From NCBI RefSeq assembly GCF_006345805.1, contig NC_043008.1, positions 53,568,001 through 53,632,000 on the forward strand: DNA of 64,000 nt, given 5' to 3'. The DNA is from Octopus sinensis (lineage: Eukaryota). The position numbers and the translations under genes are program-made. Below the pieces are notes generated by a model. It was not told the origin of the DNA. It worked only from the letters and a program-made list of their open reading frames with translations, and ran no database searches. Shown one piece after another: positions 12,459 through 25,049 of the stretch (its first letter is position 1; every line of letters starts with the position of its first letter).

Positions 12459-13569
12459 GGGTCAATAAATAATATAGAAAAAAGTAAAAGGACAGTACCA
12501 ATTCCATGTAGAGCGCTGTCGGATCTGTAAGAATTAGATGTCTTACTCCGTTTGTTTAGGATCTTTGGGTTCTGGGTTCAAATCCTACCATGGTCTCCGT
12601 CACCAAGTTTTAACAATACTACCTGGCATCATCGGTAATCTTTACCGACTTCATTCTGTTGCCAGGCCCCGGACAAGAGGTTCAGTTCTCACTCCTTTCT
12701 CTTTCCCTCCCACCAGTCACCGAGGCTCTGCTAAGAGTGATAAGAGCGTCTTCTTACCTTGATTAAAAGATGAAAAGAAAAGCAACAAAAAGAAACAATG
12801 TGGTAGGTGCTAAAGTATTTAGTGTAGAGGGCCAATGCATTTTTGATTATGCATTGAAAATAGCATTAGTTTAATTATAAATTCCTGGACCGAGCAGCGC
12901 ATTGTATATTTTAGCAAAAAGCTTCATTTGAATCTTTTCCAATCTATGATATTGAAAATAAGTACCAACTCACTGTTCAGTAACCACATCATCGATATTT
13001 CGCAAGGGCAAAGATGTAGCGGGACAAGAGAGTATATCTCTGTATCCATGTCAACTCGTGACCTCATATGTATCCAAAATAATTAACGACAGCGTGGTAT
13101 GAATCTACTCCAAGCCATACTCGCTTGCGAGTGATGGCCGTAGTTTATATGATAGCACGGCTAATCATTGGCACAAACCTGTATTATAAACCAGCAATTA
13201 CCTCTGAAAACACTATCATTGTCTACGCATAGGAAAAATGACTATAGAGTGATTTTAGACCAAAAGGTTACATTTGTTATATATGAAGTCATTTTCAGAC
13301 GTTTGCTGTCTGAAAGAACTTGGATGAAACTTCTATAATTGTCTGACGTGAAATCCTAATAGCCTGTCATACTGATAACAGAACACACAGCGATATATTA
13401 CATTCTGGCATCTTGCAATATTTCTCTGCTTCTATATTTCAAAAGAGTTGTAACAACTACTTGCTACATGTTATTCAGTTTCAACAATTAGAAAGAGTGA
13501 TTGCACATTTGAAATACCAAGTTATATTCTTTACTATTTGCTTATTGATGTATGTGTGTATATGTATAC

Positions 13570-13688
<119 letters not shown>

Positions 13689-13689
13689 T

Positions 13690-14728
13690 TATAAATGTAT
13701 GTGTATTTTTTCAATGTGTACAAATAACACAGAAAAAATAAATAAAAAGTTACCATGGTAGCAAAAATTCACATAAGTGCCAAGGACGTTACAGCCTACA
13801 TAGAAAGGTAGTAATTCCAGGGTTTAGTGAAATGTTTTTGTAAAATAGATAAATTAAGAAGTGGACTTTAACGCAAGTGTTATTCAAATCTTTATACTTC
13901 CGACACATGTTTCGAGGAAAACATTGGTATTATTTCCGAGGGAATAAAATGATGTAAAACAATGTAATCATCTCGTCAGGGAAAAATGTGAAACAAAACA
14001 CAAAAATAAGCCATTTTTACCGAATGTGAGTACCGCGTATATGGTAAAGGAAACGCAGGCAAGTAATTTTTTAAAACACCGTTAATAGATTAAACGTCAA
14101 AGGCAATTTATAGGGAGAGAAAGAGGAGAGAGAAAGTAATTAACAGAAAATTAAGAGTGGAGAAATATTGTGCGATAGATGAGTGGAAATAAAGCTTAAA
14201 GGCGTGTAAATAGATATATGTAGTGGAAATGATTTGTACGAAGACTGTTAAAAGTCGAATTTTATAGATTGGTAGAAATTATTTATAGGAACTAAAGGTA
14301 TGTTTTTAATGTTTGCCACGATAAATTCACAAGAGAATTCTCCGAGAACAATATGAGATACTATTCTCCGTTACAGAGCCGACAGAAGAATTAACCTTTG
14401 TCATATGGAAAGGATCTAGCGAGAATATTCCACTCCAAATCAAATTGTTTATTATGGAGTTTTCAACCTCGATCCTTTCCTGTTCATAAAGGGTTTAGCT
14501 TTATGGCGTATCGTCAGATCCCAAGACCTGTTAGCCCAAGACCTCTTAAAAATATGGAGGTGGAAATGCCTGACTTCTCAAAGGTAAGAATTGGGATTAT
14601 CTCCCTTTGCTATTGGCTATCGGCTTCCGGCTGTGCCGCCATCTTTTGGGCTCCAAATAGCTACCAGGAACCTCCTAAAATGGAAATATGGGATGAAAAT
14701 CTATGTTCTGGTGTCAAGGATGTTCCTT
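13690..14728 (-). mobile_element. Penelope-like element 3' part: decayed endonuclease end, 3' region and hammerhead
   Basis: Minus strand gives GTSLTPEHRFSSH...EIIPIL...AIKLNP (GIY-YIG C-terminal-like, disrupted); terminal 300 bp homologous to 7590-7920; ends in (TA)n. Confidence 0.6.
13897..13983 (-). ncRNA. Type I hammerhead with intact core and long stem II
   Basis: UUUCC-CUGACGA-GA..ACAUUG...CAAUGU..UC-GAAAC-AUGU-GUC-GGAAG. Confidence 0.75.
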
Positions 14729-14731
14729 AAC

Positions 14732-14782
<51 letters not shown>

Positions 14783-14834
14783 ATGCATATGTATGTATGT
14801 ATATATGTAATATATATATATAAGGAGAGAAAGA

Positions 14835-15265
14835 AAGAGAGACATGCATATCTGGGTAGAGGACGTCACCAATGGTGCAAATAACATGAAATACGCAAAC
14901 GAGGGAAAAATGAGGGGAATACGTAAACAACGAGAAGGAAAATGGAAAACAGGACAATTAATCACTGGGAAAGGACCCTTCATCAGTTGTCGGCTGTGTA
15001 TCAATCCTCATTTCGAGCATTCAACGACAATATCAGTCTTCAAAGACAGTTGCGCCCATAAATTCTAAAATAAAGTTTAAGATTTATAGAAGGTCATAGT
15101 TGGGAACAAAACAAATGACAGCGGAGACATACAAGGAAACCGAACGAAAACAAACATGGAGGGTCGTTGGACCAGAACGAGAAGAAATTAGTGAAGGCTG
15201 GGAGAAACATTTTTTTTTTTTGTTTTGAAAAGGGAAATGGTAGAAATGAGAAAGAAAAACACACA
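14835..15265 (-). mobile_element. Fragment of a non-coding element carrying a permuted hammerhead
   Basis: Architecture and 3' end (GTGACGTCCTCTACCCAGATAT) resemble 54544-55452 (GTGGTGTCCTGTACTCACGTAT). Boundaries approximate. Confidence 0.55.
14975..15051 (-). ncRNA. Candidate non-circularly permuted hammerhead ribozyme
   Basis: Minus strand gacuga-UA-uugucg-uugaau-gcuc-GAAA-ugag...cagc-cgacaa-CUGAUGA-a-gggu; stem I 6 bp perfect, stem II GGGU/GCUC, stem III with one mismatch. Confidence 0.65.
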
Positions 15266-15749
15266 TATATTAATAATGCATATTCAAAGGCATAAATGGT
15301 GTTAAAACAGCAGAGAACGGTTAGATTTATCCAAGGCTGATTGGTGACATATTTTTCCGCTTTGTATGGATATTTTATCCAATCTCTGCTGTTCTATCAG
15401 CATTTATGCGCTTGAAAATGAATTATCTTATTTGTATCTCACAATACATATTTCAACGCTTCTAAAGCAAACATTAGTTTGTTTACATTTATCGCAATAT
15501 ATATATATGCATACATACATGCGTACACAGACACATATATATATATGTATATATGTATGTGTATTTATAAATATACACACATACGTACACATATACATAT
15601 ATATATATATATATATGTTTATCTATCTCTTCGTGTGTATATATGTGTGTGTGTGTAAATATAATATGCAAATATAATAATTATTCGGAATGATTGTCAC
15701 ATATTATATTTACAGATAAATTCCTCTATTTACATAATATTGTAATATA

Positions 15750-15785
<36 letters not shown>

Positions 15786-15860
15786 TGTATGTATGTATGA
15801 TGTATGTATGTATGTATATATATATATGTATATGTATATATATATTATATAATATATATA

Positions 15861-15904
<44 letters not shown>

Positions 15905-16254
15905 AGTAGACAGGTCGTTAGATAGATAAATAGATACATACGTACATACATACCATACATGTATATTATATGAATATGTAAGTCTAATTCCTTTTGGGAA
16001 CAGTGAATCTCGAAGTACATAAAGCTATGCATGATACCTTATATATATTGCGTTGTGAAACCATTTTGGATGGAAGGAAAAACGACATCTATTCTCTCGA
16101 AAGTTGACAAATTCTTATGGCGTCAAAAAAAAACATACATACACATATACATACGCATACACGCACGCACATTAATTTTCCACCATTACATATGTCTTAT
16201 TTGGTAATAGACATCACAAAGTTCTGGATTTTACCCTACCTACATAATATTCTC

Positions 16255-16293
16255 ATATCTGTCTGTCTCTCTGTCTGCCTATCTATCTATCTA

Positions 16294-16350
<57 letters not shown>

Positions 16351-16474
16351 GTCTGTCTGTCTGTCGTCTGTCTGTCTGTCTGTCTGTCTTTCTGTCTGTC
16401 TGTCTGTCTATCTGTCTGTCTATCTATCTACCTATCTATCTCTCTCTCTCTCTCTCTTTCTCTCTATCTATCTA

Positions 16475-16535
<61 letters not shown>

Positions 16536-16640
16536 GAGGAGCTAGCTAGCTATCTGCCAGTCTGTCTGTCGTCTGCTTCTCTGTCTGCCTGTCTGGCTAT
16601 CTATCTATGTATATACATGCATATATACATACATACATAT

Positions 16641-16715
<75 letters not shown>
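16255..16715. repeat. Compound (TCTA)n/(TCTG)n/(TC)n/(TA)n microsatellite
   Basis: Directly visible. Confidence 0.95.
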
Positions 16716-17300
16716 TTATACGTTTGCCCAGTTGGTTTCTTTCTCCTAGGAACTTGTTATCGAAATCGATAATTTTCAGTTTTATAACAAACAATACAAT
16801 CTTTCCTATTCCTATTACTTTTTTTTTTCACTTCCAGCGTTCGTAATGTATCGCCATATGTTAAGGCGGCAGTGCGAATATGACTATAGAAACTCTAAAT
16901 TGACTTTTAATGAAGAAACGAAACTGATCTAGAAAAGATAGAGATTTTCAAGAAAATATATATGGAAGTAGTTTATTGACTTAATGTTTCTTAAGTGTTT
17001 TGAAACTTAGACGAAGTTCCATTTGATTTAGCAATAGATAAAATATAGATAGTAGTATTATCTACATAAAGGTTCCTTTATAGTTCCATTCTTAATTCGT
17101 TATGTTAGGACAGATATCGCAATATTTTAAAAGAGATCGTAGTATATTTTTTGTACTTTGTGTTTATCACGTTCTGGCATTGGTGGAGCAGAATAAAACA
17201 ATTTCATCATGATGAAGGAATATATATATATACATACGTATATACATACATATCAATATTTATGTGTGTGAGTGTGTGTTTATATGGGGACAGAGTGTGA

Positions 17301-17340
<40 letters not shown>

Positions 17341-17483
17341 ACTCTAAGAAACCTAGATATCTATATATCTACCTACCACGCACACAAACACAGATACACA
17401 CAAGCACACACGCGCGCGTACATTTATAGGACGGATATCGTAAACGATATCACTTCGAGATTCTTATCTGTCTATCGATTTAT

Positions 17484-17521
<38 letters not shown>

Positions 17522-17532
17522 TATATATATAA

Positions 17533-17880
17533 ATAACAATAGGGTAATAAGAAATTATTATTACCACTGGCATAGCACAAAAACGAATTAGTCATTAGAC
17601 TATATATTATTCACATAGAAATACAAAAAGAGACTTCCAAATAGCAAAGCCTTGTGCTAGAAAGAGCAGAAGAAAACTCAAAACCACCAAATAAGGATAA
17701 ATTCTCGAAAGGAATGAAAATTCAAAACGTTTACCATCTCAATTATTTCCCAGACCATGGTTTCTAACTATTTCCAGCAAAAAAATATTCGCTGAAGGTC
17801 AGTTTCATCAGTGGGAGAGCCTTTAGATTTCAAATGTACATACAGCCAGATCCACATGTAAAACTAACTGCCTGTATATT
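17533..17880 (-). mobile_element. Penelope-like terminal repeat fragment
   Basis: Contains an intact hammerhead; its 3' end abuts (TA)n at 17532. Confidence 0.6.
17748..17816 (-). ncRNA. Type I hammerhead ribozyme, best-preserved canonical copy in the window
   Basis: UCCCA-CUGAUGA-AACU...CAGC...GCUG...AGUU-A-GAAAC-CAUG-GUC-UGGGA; 5-bp perfect stem I, palindromic stem III. Confidence 0.82.
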
Positions 17881-17887
17881 CTAACAT

Positions 17888-17995
17888 TTCAGTCCCACTG
17901 CGTGGCACCTTGGGCAAGTGTCTTCTACTATAGCCTCGGGCCGACCAAGGTCTTGTGAGTGGATTTGGTAAACGGAAACTGAAAGAAGCCCGTCG
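17888..17995 (+). mobile_element. Family A SINE, partial 5' half
   Basis: TTCAGTCCCACTGCGTGGCACCTTGGGCAAG...GAAAGAAGCCCGTCG followed by (TA)n. Confidence 0.9.
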
Positions 17996-17996
17996 C

Positions 17997-18029
<33 letters not shown>

Positions 18030-18033
18030 AATA

Positions 18034-18145
<112 letters not shown>

Positions 18146-18189
18146 GTATATATATATATATTTATATATATAATATATATATATACATA

Positions 18190-18604
18190 GGCACAGGAGT
18201 GGCTGTGTGATAAGTAGCTTGCTTACCAACCACATGGTTCCGGGTTCAGTCTCACTGCGTGGCATCTTGGGTATGTGTTTTCTGCTATAGCCCCGGGCCG
18301 ACCAATGCCTTATGAGTGGATTTGGTAGACGGAAACTGAAAGAAGCCTGTCGTATATATGTATATATATATATGTGTGTGTCTGTGTGTCTGTGTTTGTC
18401 CCCCTAGCATTGCTTGACAACCGATGCTGGTGTGTTTACGTCCCCATAATTTAGCGGTTCAGCAAAAGAGACCGATAGAACAAGTACTGGGCTTACAAAG
18501 AATAAGTCCTGGGGTCGATTTGCTCGACTAAAGGCGGTGCTCCAGCATAGCCGCAGTAAAATGGCTGAAACAAGTAAAAGAGTAAAGAGTAAAAGAGAGA
18601 GAGT
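18190..18604 (+). mobile_element. Family A SINE, full length
   Basis: Head, internal microsatellite and GTAAAAGAG tail all present. Confidence 0.92.
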
Positions 18605-19007
18605 AATAGCAGCATCGATAAAAAATGTAGCATTGAAGTATGGTGGTCGATTTAATATAGAAATAGAAATGTGACAAAAACCGTAGTAATTAGTGATGGA
18701 TGAAATTTATCATAATTAATGCTGGATGCAGTCGGAATGTTAAGTATATTCAATTATGCTTTGAAGAAAACCACGATGGAAGTCAATAGCTAATATTACT
18801 TTACTTATGGGGAGAAGTAAGGGAGAAAACTTCAGACATGTTTCAGGTCTCATCTGCAAAGTATATGTGTCATAATTAAAGCTGGTTTAAATTTAACATA
18901 TTTAGTGCAAGATACATTTAGTATGTTAACTAGATACAGTTATAAGACATCCGATATGATTTGGTATCATGGAAAACTCATCCGTGAAGTATATATATAT
19001 ATATATA

Positions 19008-19319
19008 TCACCGTGATCACCGTGACCGACCAGGCTATCAGATGTTGCTACACATCGCCGGTCACAATGCGCTTCGCATTGTTTTAGCCTTCAAATGACG
19101 CCACCCCGCTGGCCAAGGGAGCAGTCAAACAGAAGCAAGAGTGTGAGAAAGTTGTGGCGAACGATAACAGCAGGGATCGCCACCACCGCCCCCTACCGGA
19201 CCCTCGTGGAACTTTAGGTGTTTTCGCTCAATAAACACTCACAACGCCCGGTTGGGAATCGAAACTGCGATCCTACAATGGCGAGTCCGCTGCCCTAACC
19301 ACTGGGCCATTGCGCTTCC
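19008..19319 (-). mobile_element. tRNA-derived SINE family D
   Basis: Reverse complement begins GGAAGCGCAATGGCCCAGTGGTTAGGGCAGCGGACTCG...GTTTCGATTCCC (A/B boxes) and ends in (TCACGGTGA)-type repeats next to (TA)n. Confidence 0.8.
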
Positions 19320-19398
19320 ACGTATATATAGACCCACACACACGCACGCACGCAAACACACACACACATATATACGTTTATATACCGATATATGTACT

Positions 19399-19430
<32 letters not shown>

Positions 19431-20054
19431 GATACATACACACACACTTACATACACACCACAAATGTATATACGTTTATATACAAATACATGTACTTAT
19501 ATATATATACACATAGATACATACACACACTAACCATCTCACGTTACAGTGCTTTTAGTGGGAGATGCCGTTATGGAATATTATCTTTTGAAAGCACTCT
19601 CGTAATACAGTAGGCCTTGGTGAAGACTGTGCATTTGCAAAGAAGTTGGAGATAGATTTTCTTGTGTTACTAATTAGATTACTAACAACTATACATGTGT
19701 GAGAAGCGATTTTATTAATACACATGCTTCCTGTTTGGCTTAATGTAAGGCTTCTATTACCAGTGTGTGTGTGTATGTGCGTGTTTGTATGTGTGTGTGC
19801 GTGTTTGTATGTGTGTATTTGTTAGTACTAACATCTAGGGAAATTTACGATGGTGAGTTTAGTGGTTGTATCTAGTTGTAAGTTACCATACCTTGAATGT
19901 GTTAATGAGGTCTTTTATGTACTGTACTGTATGCCAGTTATCATTATTATCAGTAGAAGTAGCTAACACGTCATCTGTGTGTGTGTGTGTGTGTGTATGT
20001 GTGTGTGTGTGTGTGTGAAGATATATACATACATACATACATGCATACATACAT

Positions 20055-20105
<51 letters not shown>

Positions 20106-20107
20106 CA

Positions 20108-20282
20108 CCCACATTTTTTCTCTCCTTGTTTCTCTCCTTGATTTTTCTGCGTCCCATTCTGTAGAAGAGCGTAGGCTCGAAACGTAAAAGACTTTTTCTG
20201 CTCCTGAGCGTTATACTAATACATCTGCTTGCTTTGTACACCACCTGCCTTCGTCTTATGTATTTTTCGTAAACTCTCCCTA
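20108..20282 (+). mobile_element. Short Penelope-related terminal repeat with minimal hammerhead variant
   Basis: CUGUAGA-A-GAGC-GUAG-GCUC-GAAA-CG-UA at 20159-20186; related to the 37977 and 52632 copies; (TA)n on both sides. Confidence 0.65.
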
Positions 20283-20336
<54 letters not shown>

Positions 20337-20409
20337 CACTTAAGTAGTAGGTATATAAAAATGGGCAACTTCAGATATTTCTTCGTCGATTGTAAACTCT
20401 GATGAACAG

Positions 20410-20972
20410 CCTTATTCGATTTTCGAGCCTTATTGACTTCTCATCAGAGGTGTGTGCATCAATTTCATCAATCCTAGAGAACCAATCAGCCTTTTTGTTT
20501 ATATACTGAAAGTTTTCATTTGCTACGGGGAACTGGAGCTAGTAATTTTCATATTTTGTTTTAACACTTTATTCAATACCAGGGGCCTGTCGATGGGGAT
20601 GTCAGTGAACACCGGATCAAGGCGTGATATAATATATGGAACCTATGTAGTTGATAAATAAGAAAGGCTAATTTAGCTATTTCTACATAGATTGAAAAAA
20701 TGATAAATTTCCTTAATCGGTTTCCTACTCTTATTGAAATACCTCATAAGAGTTATCTACATCAATGTGAATAATCCCAGAGAAGCAAGCGGCTAATCTG
20801 CTTATACACTCAGCAATTCAGTAGCTACAAGAGAAACGGAGATGCTAATTTGCAAATTGTAAATGTTAACACTTTATTTAATATCAGAGGCCTCTCTAAG
20901 GGGACCTCAGTTCACAAATAACAAGGTATGATATTATATAAGTAATATATGTGGAAGATACATGAACAAGGC
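20410..20972 (-). repeat. Diverged tandem repeat, about 300-bp period, one decayed HHR-like core per unit
   Basis: Colinear shared blocks (CATCAAT..AATCC.AGAGAA, TTAACACTTTATT.AATA.CAG.GGCCT, CAAGG..TGATAT.ATAT) at an offset of about 300. Confidence 0.7.
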
Positions 20973-21285
20973 AAAATGAATGTAAGATCCAAGGATCGAA
21001 GTGTAGAAAGAAAGTTAGCTTCGAGCAATCCGTAGAAAATATATATAAAAAAAACAACGTTCAGGAACAATAGTGGTTTATTAAGACAAAAGGTTGTGGA
21101 GTATTTTTCTTTATGGAAGAACTATGTGCAGCAAAAAAGGTTGGTTTTATATTCCACGGCAAGCGACCAGAGTTGCCAATTGCTCGAAAAAGATAACAAG
21201 AGTTACGGAATGGAGTAGGAAAAATCCGGGCTACATATGAGGTTTCATTCGTTCTGAAACATATATAGCTCGGATTCTTAGATAG

Positions 21286-21366
<81 letters not shown>

Positions 21367-21575
21367 CGTTTTTCTCGGAGAGTTTATGGTAGTAATAGTG
21401 CCTTTTGACGTCTATTTTTCAGTGCGTAGTGAGGCGCAAGCCAAGCCCTTGTTATAATTATGTATATAATTATAAAATACTTATAAAAATTTACCTATGA
21501 GGTTTTATTTCCGCACTGACCACTTGGTAAAAATCATTTATGATTTTACCCTTTATTATTATTGTATATACATAC

Positions 21576-21608
<33 letters not shown>

Positions 21609-22670
21609 TGTATGTATGTATGTATGTATGTATGTATGTATGTATGTATTATGTATGTATGTATGTATGTATGTATGTATGTATGTATGTATGTATGTAT
21701 GTGTGTGTATGTGTGTATGCGCCTGTGCGTAATTATATGAATTATATGTACGTATGTGTATTTCTTTGTGCTGAGTTGATTTTATTTTCTCCTAATGCAT
21801 TCATAAGAATTCTTATTGGTGAAACTGAATAATGGTGTTTTTATGTAAACAGAGTTCAGCATCGTGTTAATTACTACGCAATTCCGGAGGATTTCCTTGT
21901 TTTTATGTCTGTTAGGCCCTTCTTATATATTCCTTTTTTCTTTCCCTTCGCATTTATGCAAAAATTACTCTCTTAAAAGGAAGGTATAGACACACACACA
22001 CACACACGTGCGCAATCACATGCAAACACACAGGAAATTCTTCATATGCTTTGTGTATGTATGATAGTATTTGTGGACATCGGTCATGTTTCTGCTGAGT
22101 CAATATCACGCAGTGGCCAGTACTATTGAAAAACTCATTTAATATATATCATTGATGTAAGGACGAGCACAATATAGTTGTCAAATATTATCTGAAAACA
22201 CGGTGTAAGTAGTTTAGACGTAGGAGTTTCAAATGAAATCGATGTTGTTTACGTAAAGCTATCATCTTTCATATGAATAATGGCGTGATAGGAATCAATC
22301 GAAATATTGAACTATATCGGTATATGACAGCCGTTTTAAACACATTTAATCATCGAATTTTTGTTTTAATGTAAAATATCTGTCTTTCTGAACAATCTAT
22401 AAGGATACCATGTTACTATGTAAGATGTATGTATTGACTTTCAGCCTACGATGATGTCTTTATGCAGTATGTCGTGTTTCCCAGTAATAGCAGCCAAATC
22501 CTTCTCAAAGTCACACCTACATGCTTTAAAACAAAAATTACGAGGTGTGTAGATACGGGATAGTCACGGTTGGGATATCTTGAATCATAAAGATTCATTT
22601 AATCAAGGCATTCATTGAGATAAGCAACAAGTGTATCACACAATCACTGATTAGCACACAGATAACATTG

Positions 22671-22825
22671 GGCCTTAAGTTTTGGCACAAAATAATTTCG
22701 GTGGAAGGATTCACTCCATCTTGCCGACCACAGAGTTCAGCTGGTACTTCTTTTATCGACCCCCGAAGACAGAAAAGGCAAAGTCGACCTGGGCGCAATT
22801 TGAACTCAGAACGTAAAGACAGACA
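22671..22825 (-). mobile_element. Family B SINE, partial
   Basis: AAAGGCAAAGTCGACC...TTTGAACTCAGAACGT. Confidence 0.8.
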
Positions 22826-23002
22826 AGAGCAGAGAGATAATATTACAAATGACGTAATTCTCGTTACTGCCAGGACTAAATCAGGCCCCAACAAATCAAC
22901 ATGTCATCAAAATCATTCTTGCTGTAATTATTTTTAGGCACAGCATTTCTAGGACTACATTACCTAATGTGTCCTTACTTCTTTTAAAAAGTACATTATA
23001 TA

Positions 23003-23163
23003 GGCGCAGGAGTGGCTGTGTGGTAAGTAGCTTGCTAACCAACCACATGGTTCCGGGTTCGGTCCCACTGCGTGGCACATTGGGCAAGTGTCTTCTGCTA
23101 TAGCCCCGGGCCGACCAATGCCTTGTGAGTTGATTTGGTAGACGGAAACTGAAAGAAGCCTGT

Positions 23164-23198
<35 letters not shown>

Positions 23199-23404
23199 GT
23201 GTGTTTGTGTGTCTGTTTTTTGTCCCCCCTAGCATTGCTTGACAACCGATGCTGGTGTGCTTACGTCCCCGTCACTTAGAGGTTCGGCAAAAGAGACCGA
23301 TAGAATAAGTACTGGGCTTACAAAGAATATGTCCCGGGATCGATTTGCTCGACTAAAGGCGGTGCTCCAGCATGGACTGAAACAAGTAAAAGAGTAAAAA
23401 AGAG
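23003..23404 (+). mobile_element. Family A SINE, full length, apparently inserted in an older repeat
   Basis: Complete head and tail with a small deletion in the 3' stem-loop. Confidence 0.92.
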
Positions 23405-23489
23405 TATATTTAAAGGGAGGCTTTCTACTATTTGTCGCTCATCGAAAAGTGATGGAAGCACTCTGAGACTGTCTCAGTTGAATTACAAT

Positions 23490-23662
23490 ATAGCTACCAA
23501 TCTTTCCTCAAATCGCTTTTTACTGTTTTACCCGAAGGAATGTTATATTGCTCGATGTGGTCTTAAGCATATCAATTTTCAATAAAAATTGGATTGTCAT
23601 GTCTGGAACGCCTTTGATTATAAATCTCGATGAGATTTGACCCGGGACTACACAACAACAAC
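23490..23662 (+). mobile_element. Old interspersed repeat (SINE-like 3' body); related copies near 22485, 22880 (-), 35630, 41690, 62220
   Basis: Recurring ATAGC.GCCAAAT.T.CCTCAAA start and (AAC)n tail, heavily diverged. Confidence 0.5.
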
Positions 23663-24251
23663 CTATATGAAATTAATCAGAACATTTCCTATAAGCTATT
23701 GATTCGATGGTGTCGCTAAAATGTATTGACCGAAGGACAACCAGGACTAGGAATTATACTTCATGAAAAGATCTTTGACCGTGCAATTAATAATATCGAC
23801 CGCCTCAATACTAAGTCCATAATGGATATTGGCCAGTATAGGTGGAAACACATTTCATAAATATGTAATAATATATCATTGAAATAAGGTTGGCTGGCTA
23901 TAAAGTTCTGAACTATTATAGGTCAACACGGTGAATGAATGTACTTTATCAGAAGGACATTTTCAAATGAGACACGTGATCAAAGTGGAGTAATCATCTT
24001 TCATATGAATAGAGATGTGATGAGAATAAATGGATATTTGTAATAAGTCAGTCGTTGGCAATCATTTTAAACATCGTTTAATCATCTGTCTTTTCAATGG
24101 AAGATATATATGATACTAAGCTTCTAACAATAAGTACTTTGTAGAATCTCTCTCTCTCTCTTTCTTTTTCTCTCTCTCTCTCTCTCTGTATGTATACATA
24201 CTTCTGTATGCATATATCTATACATATTTACATATATTTGAATATGTATAA

Positions 24252-24283
<32 letters not shown>

Positions 24284-24323
24284 AACATCTGTATATAAAT
24301 ATGTCTGTACATGCGCATATATA

Positions 24324-24560
24324 GAAGGTGCGTGGCTTCGTGGTTAGGGATGTTCCACTCATAATCGTAAGATTGTGGTGTCGATTCCTGTAGAGGGCGA
24401 TGTGCTGTGTTTGAAAGCAGAACACTTTATTTCATGTTGCTGCAGTCCACTAAGCTCCTACAAATCAATAATCCTGCGACGGGCCGGTGTCCCGGCCAGA
24501 GGGAAATATATACGTCACAGAATCCGATAAAGCAGCCTTACGATCCTATGGCTCTGGAAG
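24324..24560 (+). mobile_element. Family C SINE, diverged
   Basis: GAAGGTGCGTGGCTTCGTGGTTAGGG...ACACTTTATTTCATGTTGCT, as at 39281. Confidence 0.75.
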
Positions 24561-24593
24561 TACTTTCCATACATACATACATAATACATACAT

Positions 24594-24743
24594 GTAGGAG
24601 TGGCTGTGTGGTAAGTAGCTTGTTTACCAACCGAGTTCAGTCCCGCTGCGTGGCACCTTGGGCAAGTGTCTTCTACTATAGCCTCGGGCCGACCAAAGCC
24701 TTGTGAGTGGATTTGGTAGACGGAAACTGAAAGAAGCCCGTCG

Positions 24744-24786
<43 letters not shown>

Positions 24787-25015
24787 GCGTATGTGTGCTT
24801 CTGTGTCTGTGTTTGTCCCCCTAGCATTGCTTGACAACCGATGCTAGTGTGTTTATGTCCCCGTTACTTAGCGGTTCGGCAAAAAGAGACCGATAGAATA
24901 AGTACTGGGCTTACAAAAGAATAAGTCCTGGGGTCGAGTTGCACGATTAAAGGCGGTGCTCCAGCATGGCCGCAGTCAAATGACTGAAACAAGTAAAAGA
25001 TAAAAGATAAAAGAT
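24594..25015 (+). mobile_element. Family A SINE, near full length
   Basis: Same head and body; tail variant (TAAAAGA)n. Confidence 0.92.
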
Positions 25016-25049
25016 ATATATATGTATGTATATATACACATATATTGTG

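Noticed and set aside
18830-18861. Hammerhead-like CAGAUGA...GAAACAUGUC on the minus strand
   Set aside because: Core U4 altered and stem II essentially absent; cannot be distinguished from chance.
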